In this document: positions 19,714 through 29,840 of the stretch, piece by piece
Layout of the letters: each line of letters opens with the position of its first letter
Numbering within the stretch: position 1 is the first letter of the stretch
Made by a program: the position numbers and the translations under genes
Source of the DNA: Methanocella sp.
GTDB taxonomy: Archaea > Thermoproteota > Bathyarchaeia > Bathyarchaeales > Bathycorpusculaceae
Reading direction: 5' to 3'
Assembly (NCBI GenBank): GCA_050261115.1
Contig: JBLNCY010000006.1
Coordinates: 1-64,000, forward strand
DNA length: 64,000 bases
Notes under the pieces: generated by a model
What the model saw: only the letters and a program-made list of their open reading frames with translations
Databases searched by the model: none
What the model was told of the DNA's origin: nothing

Positions 19714-22422
19714 TTATGGGCGTTTCTTGGTCATCATGATGGTCAGTAAGCCGACCACGATGATGGCGACGAATAGGCCTGCGACTGCTGGGATGAAGTA
19801 TAGGTCAGCTGCGGATGGTGCCTGTGTTGGTTGTGGGGTTGGGGTTGCTGGTGCGGGGTCAACGTTGAATGCTGTGACTGCGTGTGAGGGCCAGTAGGAT
19901 TCAGAGCCCATGAATGATGCATAGACTGTGTATTTGCCTTCGATGTCGGGCATCCAGTTGAAGCTGAAGAATCCATCTGCGTCTGCGGTAGTAGTGCCGA
20001 TTGTGCGGTAGTTACCGTTAGCGTCAACTACGCTTATTTCAACTGTTACACCTGTAACGTTGGTTGGGCGTGGTTTTTGCATGTAGACGTATTCCATCCA
20101 TTCGCTTTGGCTTTCGTCAGAGACTGCTGGAACGCCGTTGGGGAAGCGTGCTGTCTGCTCGGGTTGCGTGGTGCCTGCTGAAACGTCGGTTACTGTGCCT
20201 TTTATCATGACACTCTTGCCTGCTTCGACTACGTCGTTTGTGATTGATACTGTGGTGCTGCTTGGTCCTTTGCCGATTGCGTAGACTTGGTGGTCGTAGT
20301 TGTTCCAGTAGGTTAATACGCCGTCTGCTACTGCGATGGTTCCGGGGTGAGCCCAGCCAAGCATGCTCCAGACGTATTCGCCTGTTTCAACGTCGAATGC
20401 ACGGACTTTTGCGCCTTTTAGGAGCGGGGTGTCTGCGCTGTGTTCGTGGGTGCCGATGTAGATTTTGCCGTCTGCTGTTACACCGTGGAATAGTGTGTAG
20501 TACTTGAAGATTTCACCGCCTGTAGGTGCTTCCTGTTTCCAGATGAGGGTGCCGTTGTAGAGGTCATATGCGTATACTGCGCCAGTGTAGCCTGTGGTGA
20601 AGAGTTTACCGTTTGAGATTGTTGAGCCATAGACGTTCATCAAGCTGACCCAGCTGTAGTAGCCGAATGGGTTGAAGTCAGCTTGTGGTTCACTTTCCCA
20701 GAGCATGTTTCCTGTGTAGATGTCAAATACTTGCCATGTTAGGCTTGGCATTTCTTGCATTACGAATACGCCGTCTGCTGCGCGGATGAATAGTCTCTGT
20801 GAACCGTCTGCGAATGTCATGTCAAAGTTCTTTTGCCAGAGGACTCTGCCTTCTTCGCCTGATTTGAGGCTGATGGCTGTTAGAGTGGCTTCTTCTGCGT
20901 TGTGGTAGTATAGTGAGCTTGTGCCTGCTGTTGGTAGGGTGCCGTTGCTGACTAGCATTACGTCGCCATATTGGGCCATTCTGATGGTTGGGTTAGATGC
21001 AAATCTGCTGCCGAGTGAAACGTTAAAGTCCCAAGTTGTTATTTCTGGCGCGGTGTATGTAGATGCAGGTCTTAGTAGGCTTGCTAAGCTGCCGTTTCTG
21101 GTTCCAGAGTTTTCATATCTGAATACTCTTGATGAGTTCCATTGGTAGAGGTGGTAGTCAGGATTCTGTGTTGTACCGTCATTTTGTATAACATAGCGCA
21201 GGATTTCGCCTTTTGGACCGACATTGTCGAAGCCTGAGGGAACATCGGTGACGTTAAGGTTGATGGTTGTGCCGTACCGTGGGTGTATGAATGCCCAGTT
21301 GTTGATAGTTCTTGAACCTGACCTAGAGGTGTATTGTGAAACTATGTAGCCGGGGTTTACAACACCGTGTTGGTTCATGTCGTCTAAGTCGTAGTAGTAG
21401 CCGAATTGTGGCTGGTAAGTCATGGTTTGGTTGCGCCAGATTTCTTCACCGGTCTTTAAGTCAACGCATACCCAGTCACCGCCGGTGCCTGCCCAAGCGA
21501 TTGGTTCACGGTAGAGGAGGCGTCCGTGCATGATGATCTGTGTGCCTGCATATCTGGTCTGGTATTGGTGGCCTGCGTTGAAGACTTCTCCGTCTGTTGA
21601 GAAGAATTGGTCGCCTCCGACAACACCACCGTCCTCGGTTATTTTAGTCCAGAGGATGTGTCCGCTGTTTGGTGCGGTACCGTCTCGTTGGACACGGTTG
21701 TCAGTGTATCCGCTGTTTCTGTCTGCTGCATTGCCATACCAGTTTGAGGAGATTTTTCCCCATTCTGTGTTTTGTCCCTCAATTGGGCGGGTCCAGTACT
21801 CTGTTGGTAGTGGGTAGTGAGTAACTGCACCGGGGGATACTGGTTCTTCTTGTACCTCTACTGTGTAGGTTTTGTTGCTGGATAGGAAAGTTACGCCATA
21901 GTAGTCGCGGCCAGCGCCAGAGCCACTCCATTTCCAGTATAGTTCCTCAAAAACTAGTGTAACTGAATAGTTACCGACTGTGTCGGGAGTGTAGGATGTG
22001 TAGGTTGTTCCTGTTGAGTCAGAGACAAGTGATCCGCTGGAGGGTAGTCGTACTTTTGATCCGTCGGGTTTTGTGATGTCAACGTGGTATTTGTATCGGA
22101 TGTCATTGCCTTCAGAAGCTTGATAGGGGACCTGTGGGTTGAATATGACCATGGTGAATTTCTGGCCGACACCTACGGGGTTCGGGGAGATAACACCATA
22201 GACCCATGTTGGGACTTTGTCTTCATAGCGTTCCCACATTAGGAGCCTAATAGCGGAAGCGTTGATGTCGGGAAGGTCCCAGTTCATACCATCGTCAATA
22301 GCGTCCTGTGTTGTTTTGTTGTAACCTGCGGAGACAGAAGGTATCATTGAAACTGCCATGCTTGATACCAGTAATATCGCAAAGATTGCTGCGATAAACT
22401 GTTTTGTTTTTTGTATTTTCAT
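19714..22422 (-). CDS. membrane-anchored PQQ-like beta-propeller surface protein (paralog 3)
   Basis: Same motif set as paralogs 1 and 2; C-terminal TM + KKRP. Confidence 0.85.
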   Translation of the reverse strand: MKIQKTKQFIAAIFAILLVSSMAVSMIPSVSAGYNKTTQDAIDDGMNWDLPDINASAIRLLMWERYEDKVPTWVYGVISPNPVGVGQKFTMVIFNPQVPYQASEGNDIRYKYHVDITKPDGSKVRLPSSGSLVSDSTGTTYTSYTPDTVGNYSVTLVFEELYWKWSGSGAGRDYYGVTFLSSNKTYTVEVQEEPVSPGAVTHYPLPTEYWTRPIEGQNTEWGKISSNWYGNAADRNSGYTDNRVQRDGTAPNSGHILWTKITEDGGVVGGDQFFSTDGEVFNAGHQYQTRYAGTQIIMHGRLLYREPIAWAGTGGDWVCVDLKTGEEIWRNQTMTYQPQFGYYYDLDDMNQHGVVNPGYIVSQYTSRSGSRTINNWAFIHPRYGTTINLNVTDVPSGFDNVGPKGEILRYVIQNDGTTQNPDYHLYQWNSSRVFRYENSGTRNGSLASLLRPASTYTAPEITTWDFNVSLGSRFASNPTIRMAQYGDVMLVSNGTLPTAGTSSLYYHNAEEATLTAISLKSGEEGRVLWQKNFDMTFADGSQRLFIRAADGVFVMQEMPSLTWQVFDIYTGNMLWESEPQADFNPFGYYSWVSLMNVYGSTISNGKLFTTGYTGAVYAYDLYNGTLIWKQEAPTGGEIFKYYTLFHGVTADGKIYIGTHEHSADTPLLKGAKVRAFDVETGEYVWSMLGWAHPGTIAVADGVLTYWNNYDHQVYAIGKGPSSTTVSITNDVVEAGKSVMIKGTVTDVSAGTTQPEQTARFPNGVPAVSDESQSEWMEYVYMQKPRPTNVTGVTVEISVVDANGNYRTIGTTTADADGFFSFNWMPDIEGKYTVYASFMGSESYWPSHAVTAFNVDPAPATPTPQPTQAPSAADLYFIPAVAGLFVAIIVVGLLTIMMTKKRP

Positions 22423-22518
22423 TTTTCTTTCTCCTAAATTGTGGCAGGTGGCCTAAGTTGTAAATCGTATGCACACCTGTCTAGCCTAAGAAATGCGGTA
22501 AGGAAAGCTATAAGATGG

Positions 22519-22541
22519 TGTTGGTTGATGCTCCACCAACA
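22519..22541. promoter_or_regulatory. inverted repeat TGTTGGT-N9-ACCAACA, candidate TrmB-family operator
   Basis: Perfect 7-bp arms in the divergent promoter region, just upstream of a TATA-like CTTATAG (minus strand) for the propeller gene. Confidence 0.5.
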
Positions 22542-22638
22542 GCTTTGGGGTTGAATCCCTGAAATACACTAGAAGTACATCTATTTTATATACTAACTAT
22601 GGGCATATAGGAAAAAAAGTATAGGAGTAAATTTTTGG

Positions 22639-23460
22639 ATGCGGGACCAAGAGATGAACATAAAAACGCTAGTAGACTTTGGACTCAATAGGACCCAAGC
22701 CAAAATATACCTCGCATTAGCAGAAAAGGGAACTCTAACCATACGAGCTGCCGCCGATTACTCAGAGGTAGGCCGACCAGACACTTACCGCGCAATGCTT
22801 GAACTCAAAAAAGCAGGTCTCATAGAAGTAGTGCTGGATAACCCAACAAAATATAGAGCAGTCCCACTGTCAGAAGCCATCTCGATTCTAATGGGACAAA
22901 AAAGAAAAGAAATCCTAAACCTGAAAGAAAAATCTGCAAAACTACTCCAGCAATTCGAAAACAAGAATAGCACTGACATGCCTGTTGTCGAAGGCGAATT
23001 CATCATTTTACCTAAAGGCGCAGCATGCATAAAAAAGAGGGTAGAGGCAATAAGAAGCGCTGAATACAGCATCGACTGCTTGACTTCATTCAAACGATTC
23101 AATCAAACGCTCCTAGTTGCAGGCGATGACATAATAGAGGCAGCCAACAAAGGAGTAAAAATAAGATTCATTCTAGAAAAAGAAAGCATCAACAAACCAT
23201 TATCAAAAGAACTAACATTATTCTGCAAGAACTCCTCATGCGAAGTAAAGTTTATTTCTGAACCACCTCAATCGTTTGTAGCAATCTTTGACAAAAAAGA
23301 AGTACATCTAGCGACGTCTGAAGCAGGAGACTTTTCCCAGGTGCCGATTCTATGGTCAAACAACACTGCCCTTCTTCGGATTTGCCAACACTATTTTGAA
23401 GGTTACTGGGCAGAGAAACCTAGTCCACAAAACCTCTTGGAAGAATTCAAGTTAGCATAG
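22639..23460 (+). CDS. TrmB-family transcriptional regulator
   Basis: FGLNRTQAKIYLAL..G wHTH, AIFDKKEV, YFEGYW. Confidence 0.88.
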   Translation: MRDQEMNIKTLVDFGLNRTQAKIYLALAEKGTLTIRAAADYSEVGRPDTYRAMLELKKAGLIEVVLDNPTKYRAVPLSEAISILMGQKRKEILNLKEKSAKLLQQFENKNSTDMPVVEGEFIILPKGAACIKKRVEAIRSAEYSIDCLTSFKRFNQTLLVAGDDIIEAANKGVKIRFILEKESINKPLSKELTLFCKNSSCEVKFISEPPQSFVAIFDKKEVHLATSEAGDFSQVPILWSNNTALLRICQHYFEGYWAEKPSPQNLLEEFKLA

Positions 23461-23465
23461 AGCGG

Positions 23466-23744
23466 CTATATTGATAAGCCCATTCTTCTAAGAACCTCAT
23501 TTGTCTTATGGATTTGATGCAGACACTTAAGACCCTTTTCTGTAATCAACAACCCTTCCTCAACGCGTCGAGCCATACCGACTTCAATAAGATGGTCGAT
23601 AATCTTTTGGAACCGGTCATAGGGGATGTTTGCTCGATGGGCTACTCTCGTGGGGCTTGCTTTTCCATTTTTTGCCCCCTCTTCACAGAGGCACTCTAGA
23701 ATTGCAGAGTAGATATCAACCTTGCTGCGTTTGCTGCTTGTCAA
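23466..23744 (-). CDS. small winged helix-turn-helix regulator
   Basis: KRSKVDIYSAIL...PTRVAHRANI.Y...LITEKG pattern of archaeal small wHTH proteins. Confidence 0.8.
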   Translation of the reverse strand: MTSSKRSKVDIYSAILECLCEEGAKNGKASPTRVAHRANIPYDRFQKIIDHLIEVGMARRVEEGLLITEKGLKCLHQIHKTNEVLRRMGLSI

Positions 23745-24465
23745 CGGTTGATACCTCCTTGCATGCTGAATAGTAGATCGATAGGAATATGCTTAGACTT
23801 GCGAGACTGGTGAGTTCTGAACCAAGTAAGAAATAAAATCCGCCATTAAAGTTGTCCCAGATAATAAACATGAGTTGCCCTAACCAAAATAGGCCAAAAG
23901 CTATAGGTGCGGCCAGTAAGGCTGAAACTTTTCCGGAAGCCAACTTGATTCTTTTAAGCAGTAGAATTATGACGAAAGTTAATATTCCAAGATTAATTGT
24001 TGCAAAAATGGAGTTATCAGCATAAACGGATGGCGTCCATGTAGGGTTAATTACCAACAGAGAAGCAAAAATGGCGCCTACCACGGCAATTGATAGTACT
24101 GAAAGGGACAGAAAGCCATACTTGAGTTTCATGTTGATCCTGTTTGTAAAGAAGTAAGATATGGCGATTAACGTAAAACCCCAGGTTTGGGTTGCCACAC
24201 GCAGCCACATAAGGGAAGTGGAAAGCGCACCCGCATAGGGGTATATGAGGTGAAACCCTAGAAAAGTGAAGGAGATAGATAGAAAGAGAAAACCCAGAGG
24301 TAGCCCAAGCAGAGAAAGCGAGCGTTGATATCGGTAGACGAAGAAGAATAGGCAGACAAGGGCAATTGCCACTGGGATGGTTATTAGCCCAAATAGCATA
24401 AGGAAGATGCTTTCTATAGCCGAGGGCAAAGGTCCACCTAGCATTACAGATTGGTATTCAGCCAT
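23716..24465 (-). CDS. seven-TM membrane protein, overlapping downstream wHTH gene
   Basis: Seven hydrophobic segments; ATG 24465 preferred over ORF-track start 24498. Confidence 0.7.
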   Translation of the reverse strand: MAEYQSVMLGGPLPSAIESIFLMLFGLITIPVAIALVCLFFFVYRYQRSLSLLGLPLGFLFLSISFTFLGFHLIYPYAGALSTSLMWLRVATQTWGFTLIAISYFFTNRINMKLKYGFLSLSVLSIAVVGAIFASLLVINPTWTPSVYADNSIFATINLGILTFVIILLLKRIKLASGKVSALLAAPIAFGLFWLGQLMFIIWDNFNGGFYFLLGSELTSLASLSIFLSIYYSACKEVSTVDKQQTQQG

Positions 24466-24549
24466 AGAATATAAGCTTGAGTATACCAGCTTGCACACAA
24501 GGCAGAATAGATTTAGGCAACAGGTACACTGCTAATCTGAGAGCCAGAC

Positions 24550-25125
24550 ATGTCTAAACGCATCTATCTAGCCGGCCCCGAAGTGTTCTTATCAAACGCT
24601 AAAGAGATTGGCGAGCAGAAGAAAGCACTCTGTAGAAAGTACGGGTTTGAAGGCATCTTCCCCATCGATGTTGAGGTTGACGTTAAAGGAAAAAGCCCAC
24701 GGGAAATCGGGTTATGCATAAGTGACATAAACGAGGCGCTAATCAGAAGCTGCGACATAGTCATCGCCAACATTACACCCTTCAGAGGACCAAGCGCGGA
24801 TGTGGGTACTGTTTATGAGATGGGGTTTGCGCATGGATTAGGCAAAAAAGTCTTAGCATACACTAATGACCCTGAACCGTTTACGCAACGCACCCTAAAA
24901 GCGTTAGACGGCAAAGTTAGCCGCGAATTGGATGGGCGACTGCGGGATAGGCTTGGCATGTTTATCGAAGAGAACGCTTTAGTGGATAATCTCATGATTG
25001 ATGGCTGCATTAATGCGAACAGCAAGTTGCTGGTTGTGGAAAAGGCGCCTGCCAGGGAGAGGTTTACTTTTTTGGGTGGCTTTGAGAAGTGCGTGATAGC
25101 GGCTTCCAAGATGACCACCCGCTAA
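24550..25125 (+). CDS. nucleoside 2-deoxyribosyltransferase family protein
   Basis: IYLAGPEVF, DIVIAN..PFRG..ADVGTVYEMGFA..LGK, NLMI. Confidence 0.9.
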   Translation: MSKRIYLAGPEVFLSNAKEIGEQKKALCRKYGFEGIFPIDVEVDVKGKSPREIGLCISDINEALIRSCDIVIANITPFRGPSADVGTVYEMGFAHGLGKKVLAYTNDPEPFTQRTLKALDGKVSRELDGRLRDRLGMFIEENALVDNLMIDGCINANSKLLVVEKAPARERFTFLGGFEKCVIAASKMTTR

Positions 25126-25172
25126 GCATCCCGCCCCATAGGTATGCTTTCCTCATAATTTTTTCAAGCGAA

Positions 25173-25231
25173 GGTTCAACCTGTGGTTGACTCTATATAT
25201 AAGGGAGGGGATTCCTCGGCAGAGCAACAGA
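25173..25231 (+). repeat. dispersed intergenic element copy 3
   Basis: GGTTCAACCTGTGGTTGACTCTATATATAAGGGAGGGGATTCCTCGGCAGAGCAACAGA, between convergent genes. Confidence 0.85.
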
Positions 25232-25359
25232 ACAGTTTTGTGGCCAACGCAACATGCCTTTTGCGAAAACCAAGCCGAGCTTCGGTTATGCGGCTGAAAA
25301 AAGCCCCCAGATTGACAGAGGCAAACTCGTTTCTTATGAACAAAAAAGGAAAATGGCGC

Positions 25360-25602
25360 TTAAGACAGCCATTTCAAAGGAATATCTTGGAAGGTGCCAT
25401 CGGGCAGAGTTCTGCGTATAGTGATAGGCAGAATGTTTGCTTCGAGCTCGCTTACTGCTATGTCGATTGGGTTTGTGTTTTCTTCTGCATCAACCAAGAT
25501 TGGGGCTCCCATCGAGATTTGCAATGCGCGTGCACCGACGATTCTTGCTTTCTCGAAGCGAGTAATTTTTGGTGGTCCAACATTCACTGTTTTTTCTATC
25601 AT
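25360..25602 (-). CDS. rpoK: RNA polymerase subunit Rpo6/K
   Basis: [21 protein letters not shown] signature. Confidence 0.97.
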   Translation of the reverse strand: MIEKTVNVGPPKITRFEKARIVGARALQISMGAPILVDAEENTNPIDIAVSELEANILPITIRRTLPDGTFQDIPLKWLS

Positions 25603-25603
25603 T

Positions 25604-27283
25604 CTACATCATTCCTGGCATGCCACCCATACCGGGCATTCCGCCCATACCGCCTGCGCCTCCCGGTGGCATCGGAGGAGGCTGCATCTTTGCGGTTGAG
25701 ATCACATCGTCAATCTTTAGGATCAGGGTTGCTGCTTCAGTTGCGGATTTAATGATCTGCTTCTTTACTGCGAGCGGTTCGTAAACGTCAAGTGTAGTCA
25801 TGTCGGCAACTTTGCCCTCAGCGAGGTTTATGCCAGCCCAGGTTTGGCCCGTCTCATGAGCCGCACGCAAAGCAGTCAACAAATCGATGGGTTCAAGACC
25901 CGCGTTTTCTGCAAGGACGGTGGCTATGGTTTCAAGGGACTCGGCAAAAATACGCACGGCAAACTGTTCACGACCCGCTAGAGTTGCAGCGTACCTTTTG
26001 AGTTCACTTGCCATTTCAAGCTCTGAAGCTGCACCGCCCGCTAACACACGAGGCTCCTCGATTAAGTCACGAACCACACAAAGCGCATCATGTATACTGC
26101 GTTCAGCTTCAGCAGTTAAGCGCTGATTACCGCCCCGGACTAGAATGGTGACGGATTTGGGGTTCTTGCAACCCTCAATGTAGGTCATCTTGTCATCGCC
26201 AGTTCGGCGTTCCTCAACTAAACAGGCTTCGCCAAGATCAGCCGCGCTTAATGCATTAAGGTTACTTAGGATTTTGCCGCCTACGGCACGCTGAAGCTTT
26301 TCCATGTCACTGCGTTTAGCCCGTCTGATAGCGATGATGCCTTTTCTAGCCATGAAGTGCTGCGCCATATCATCGATACCCTTCTGGCAGATCACCACGT
26401 TGGCGCCTGAAGAGACGATTTTTTCCACCATGGCTTTTAGGTTAGCTTCTTCCTGTTGGAGGAAAGCTTCAATCTGCTGGGGGCTTTCAATGTTGATTTT
26501 CGCATCAAGCTCTGGCTTTTCGTTCTCAAGCGAAACGTCAAGCAAAGCAATCTTGGCATTCTCAACCCGTTTAGGCATTCCAGAATGAACAATCTCCTTG
26601 TCTAGGACGATGCCGTTGATTAAGCCCGTGTCGCCAAGTGATAAACCAGTTTTTTTCTCGACTTTCACGTCGTCTACGTCGGCTTTCATGCCGCCGTCCT
26701 CGGTTTTTTGGGCGACTGCAAGCATCGCTTTAACGGCAACATCCGATAGGGCCTCTTTGTATTCAGACACTATTTTGCTGCCCATTGCAGTTATGGCTAC
26801 TTTTTTAAGATACTCGGCTTGGTCTTTGCCGTCGATGTTGATGGCGATTTTATCCAGAGTCGCCAGCGCCCTCTCAGCTGCTAACTTGTAGCCTTCAATG
26901 ATGATGGTTGGGTGAATGTTTTTGTCGATGAGTTCTTCGGCGCGGCTAAGTAATTCGCCTGCAACGATTACGCTGCTGGTTGTTCCGTCGCCTGCCTCTT
27001 TATCCTGAGTTTTAGCTACTTCCACCATCATTTTAGCGGCTGGATGCTGAATATCCATCTCGTCAAGTATAGTACGGCCGTCGTTTGTGATGGTGACATC
27101 TCCAAAGCCGTCAACTAGCATTTTATCCATGCCTTTTGGGCCAAGTGCGCTTCGGACGCTTTCAGCTACAACTTTAGCGGCTGTAATGTTCCCATGCTGG
27201 GCTTCTCTGCCTCGGCTACGTTTTGAGCCTTCTCTGAGAACCATAATAGGTATTCCGCCTGCTTGTGTTGGTGCTGTTGACAA
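25604..27283 (-). CDS. ths: thermosome (group II chaperonin) subunit
   Basis: [24 protein letters not shown]-rich C-terminal tail. Confidence 0.97.
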   Translation of the reverse strand: MSTAPTQAGGIPIMVLREGSKRSRGREAQHGNITAAKVVAESVRSALGPKGMDKMLVDGFGDVTITNDGRTILDEMDIQHPAAKMMVEVAKTQDKEAGDGTTSSVIVAGELLSRAEELIDKNIHPTIIIEGYKLAAERALATLDKIAINIDGKDQAEYLKKVAITAMGSKIVSEYKEALSDVAVKAMLAVAQKTEDGGMKADVDDVKVEKKTGLSLGDTGLINGIVLDKEIVHSGMPKRVENAKIALLDVSLENEKPELDAKINIESPQQIEAFLQQEEANLKAMVEKIVSSGANVVICQKGIDDMAQHFMARKGIIAIRRAKRSDMEKLQRAVGGKILSNLNALSAADLGEACLVEERRTGDDKMTYIEGCKNPKSVTILVRGGNQRLTAEAERSIHDALCVVRDLIEEPRVLAGGAASELEMASELKRYAATLAGREQFAVRIFAESLETIATVLAENAGLEPIDLLTALRAAHETGQTWAGINLAEGKVADMTTLDVYEPLAVKKQIIKSATEAATLILKIDDVISTAKMQPPPMPPGGAGGMGGMPGMGGMPGMM

Positions 27284-27443
27284 TTCTCATAAACCTCCAT
27301 AATGCGAACAACAACATGATTATCTTATAGATATAAGTTTTTTGGGGCGACATTGGTTGATGATGGTGCAGGCAAGCACATTTGCCCCTTGCTCTATTAG
27401 CATTGTTAGCTACTGCTTGATAACTTTGCTTTGATAAACCATT

Positions 27444-28997
27444 TTGAGTCATGCAAGAAGAGTTAAAAACATGCTAACCCTACTTTTTTTGAGGATTCTG
27501 CTTCTGATTATTCCCCAGCCATGCTCAGCCTATTCTAGCCAAGGCCACCTAAACAGACAAGAGGTTCTGCTGGTTTACCCCGGCAAATACAGAGCCGCAG
27601 ACCCCCAAGTACCACTCGCGCTGCTCTATTTGGCAGCGTCTCTGCAGCAGGAGGGCTTCAAGGTCCGCTTACTCGACATGCGCCTAACCGACTACCGCCA
27701 ATACGAAGTAGGCCACCCCCTTTTTGTGGGAATGAGCTGCATGAGTGGTATGCAAATCAAGTACGCGCTAGAGTTTGCGGGCTTTGTTCGGCAACGGAAT
27801 CCTAAGGTTCTGCTTGTTTGGGGCGGTGTTCACCCCACACTACTTCCTAGCCAAACCATACACAGCGACCTGGTTGACATTGTAGTGCGGGGTGAAGGAG
27901 AATTAATCATAAAAGACCTCGCAAACACCTTAGCACAAAATGAGCCCCTCAACTCAGTTAAGGGCCTAACCCACAAGGACAACGGATTAGTCAAAAATAA
28001 TCCTGATGGCCAAAACATCGACCTAGACCAGATACCAATAGACTTACCCTACGACCTACTAGAAATGGGCCGGTATCCTGCTTTCCGCTCAGGACGCTTC
28101 CACATCCAAACCAGCCGAGGCTGCCCCCACCGATGCGGCTTCTGCTACAACACGCTATTTAACAAGAGCCGCTGGAGAGGCAAAAGCGCCCAACGTGTAA
28201 TCGAAGAAATTCAGTACATAAAGGCAAAGTATCCAAACGTGAAAATAATTGACCCCATAGATGACAACTTTTTTGTCGACGAGTACCGCGTTGAGCAGAT
28301 ATGCAAAGCATTAATCGCCAATAAAGTGGAGATCAAGTGGCGGGCTAATTGCCGCTTTGATTACCTAGCCAACTATGACCAAGAATTCCTTGAGTTGCTG
28401 GCAGAATCGGGCTGTGTGGAGCTGGATTTTGGGGGTGAATCAGGCTCTGAGCGGATTCAGCAGCTTATCCATAAGGACGTAACAACAGAAGAAATACTCA
28501 AATCAGCAGACAATTTGCGTCGTTATGCACCTTCGATTGAACCTTATGTTTCCTGGATGATTGGGTTACCGGAGGAAAGTGACGCCGACTTGGAAATGAC
28601 GTTCAATTTGATGGATAAGATGAAGGAAGTTAACCCGAAAACGCAGCATTACGGCATCTTTGTTTATACGCCATTTCCCAGCCCAATCATGAACAATTTA
28701 CCGGTAGACTTCAATGCGCCCAAGACTCTTGAGGAATGGGGCAAGATTCACGTATTCCATTTTGACCCGCCATGGCATACCAAGAAACGAATCAGAAAGC
28801 TGCACACAATCTCATCAGTTACCCGTATAGCATTCTACCCCCAAGCAAGAATCAAAGAACGAGCCTTAAGCTACAGAGTAGCATACAAGTTTTTGAACAA
28901 AATAGCCTGTTACCGCTGGAAACACCGAAACTTTAGTTTTCCAATCGAATTAAAGCTGGCAGATACAGTGGCAAAGTACGCAAAAGGGTTCCTTTAG
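27444..28997 (+). CDS. cobalamin-binding radical SAM protein (start probably downstream of 27444)
   Basis: WGGVHPT and GEGE B12-domain motifs; TSRGCPHRCGFC; DDNFF. Confidence 0.88.
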   Translation: MSHARRVKNMLTLLFLRILLLIIPQPCSAYSSQGHLNRQEVLLVYPGKYRAADPQVPLALLYLAASLQQEGFKVRLLDMRLTDYRQYEVGHPLFVGMSCMSGMQIKYALEFAGFVRQRNPKVLLVWGGVHPTLLPSQTIHSDLVDIVVRGEGELIIKDLANTLAQNEPLNSVKGLTHKDNGLVKNNPDGQNIDLDQIPIDLPYDLLEMGRYPAFRSGRFHIQTSRGCPHRCGFCYNTLFNKSRWRGKSAQRVIEEIQYIKAKYPNVKIIDPIDDNFFVDEYRVEQICKALIANKVEIKWRANCRFDYLANYDQEFLELLAESGCVELDFGGESGSERIQQLIHKDVTTEEILKSADNLRRYAPSIEPYVSWMIGLPEESDADLEMTFNLMDKMKEVNPKTQHYGIFVYTPFPSPIMNNLPVDFNAPKTLEEWGKIHVFHFDPPWHTKKRIRKLHTISSVTRIAFYPQARIKERALSYRVAYKFLNKIACYRWKHRNFSFPIELKLADTVAKYAKGFL

Positions 28998-29118
28998 TGG
29001 CAGCCAACCTTAGTTTTCTCAGGCGTATAAAAAGAAAAAAGATAACAAAACTGCGCTTGCCACCCAAATTAAATTTCCACGGCTTCACAAACATAGGGTG
29101 AGGACCCAGCGCGGCTCT

Positions 29119-29550
29119 TTATCGGCTGTAGTCTCTGCCTTCAAGTTTTGCGCTGGGCGGTTTTTGGCCTGCTTCGGGAATCTGGGGCAACGGAATCGGC
29201 GGAGGAATATTTAGCGACCTAGAGATAATCACCGACTCCAAAAAGACCACATTAGATATAGATTGAACAATAACCTGCGCCGGCGGCTTCTTCTGCTCAA
29301 AGTCCTTGAGAACCTTTTCAACCTCTTCTTTTTCGCCGACAACCAAAGCGTTACCTTTAAGGGTCATCTGTGCAATCGAGGGATTATAAACAATAGAAAG
29401 AACATAAGGCACCTCAAGGGAGCCATCCTGTTTCTTCTCCATACCCACCACGTTAATGTTAGTGTTAATCTGGATGGGAGGAATAGGCTTGCGGATGTCC
29501 CAGTAACGCTCCGCTTGAATGCTGCTTACAACTACGTTTACTCTAAGCAT
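29119..29550 (-). CDS. conserved archaeal hypothetical protein
   Basis: Co-oriented after rps27ae; C-terminal LNIPPPIPLP. Confidence 0.7.
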   Translation of the reverse strand: MLRVNVVVSSIQAERYWDIRKPIPPIQINTNINVVGMEKKQDGSLEVPYVLSIVYNPSIAQMTLKGNALVVGEKEEVEKVLKDFEQKKPPAQVIVQSISNVVFLESVIISRSLNIPPPIPLPQIPEAGQKPPSAKLEGRDYSR

Positions 29551-29594
29551 GATAGGTCAAAAAAGAATAGAGCGGTTGGGAGATTTAAAACTGT

Positions 29595-29840
29595 TTATTT
29601 CTGCTTGAAACGAGTCAAACCGCAGTGACCGCATGTGTAGCGAGTGTGGTGGTCTGCCATGAAGTAGCCGGGGCCACAACGTTCACAGGTTGGGCGGGTA
29701 CGGGAGAGCTTTTCACCTTCAACTTTATACATGGCATTGACGCCTTTCTCTTCTTTTTGCTTTTTAGGCGCCTTTCCCTTTTCTGCTTTCTTTGCTGGTG
29801 CAGCCGCGTCTGCTGCGGGGGCTTTAGGTGCTGGTGCCAT
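29595..29840 (-). CDS. rps27ae: 30S ribosomal protein S27ae (eS31)
   Basis: CERCG.G.FMADH..RYTCGHCG. Confidence 0.95.
   Translation of the reverse strand: MAPAPKAPAADAAAPAKKAEKGKAPKKQKEEKGVNAMYKVEGEKLSRTRPTCERCGPGYFMADHHTRYTCGHCGLTRFKQK

Noticed and set aside
14869-19897. Similar plus-strand ORFs at 14869-15387 and 19577-19897
   Set aside because: Antisense shadows of the conserved 3' ends of the propeller paralogs.
23716-24465. 7TM protein as a microbial rhodopsin
   Set aside because: No retinal-binding Lys motif in the seventh helix.
25126-25140. ATCCCGCCCC as a possible att duplication of the tRNA-Ser 3' end
   Set aside because: It does not match ATCCCTTCCCCGGCG well and no integrase is present.
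25604-25680. GGM/PGM repeats at the thermosome 3' end
   Set aside because: Ordinary chaperonin C-terminal tail.
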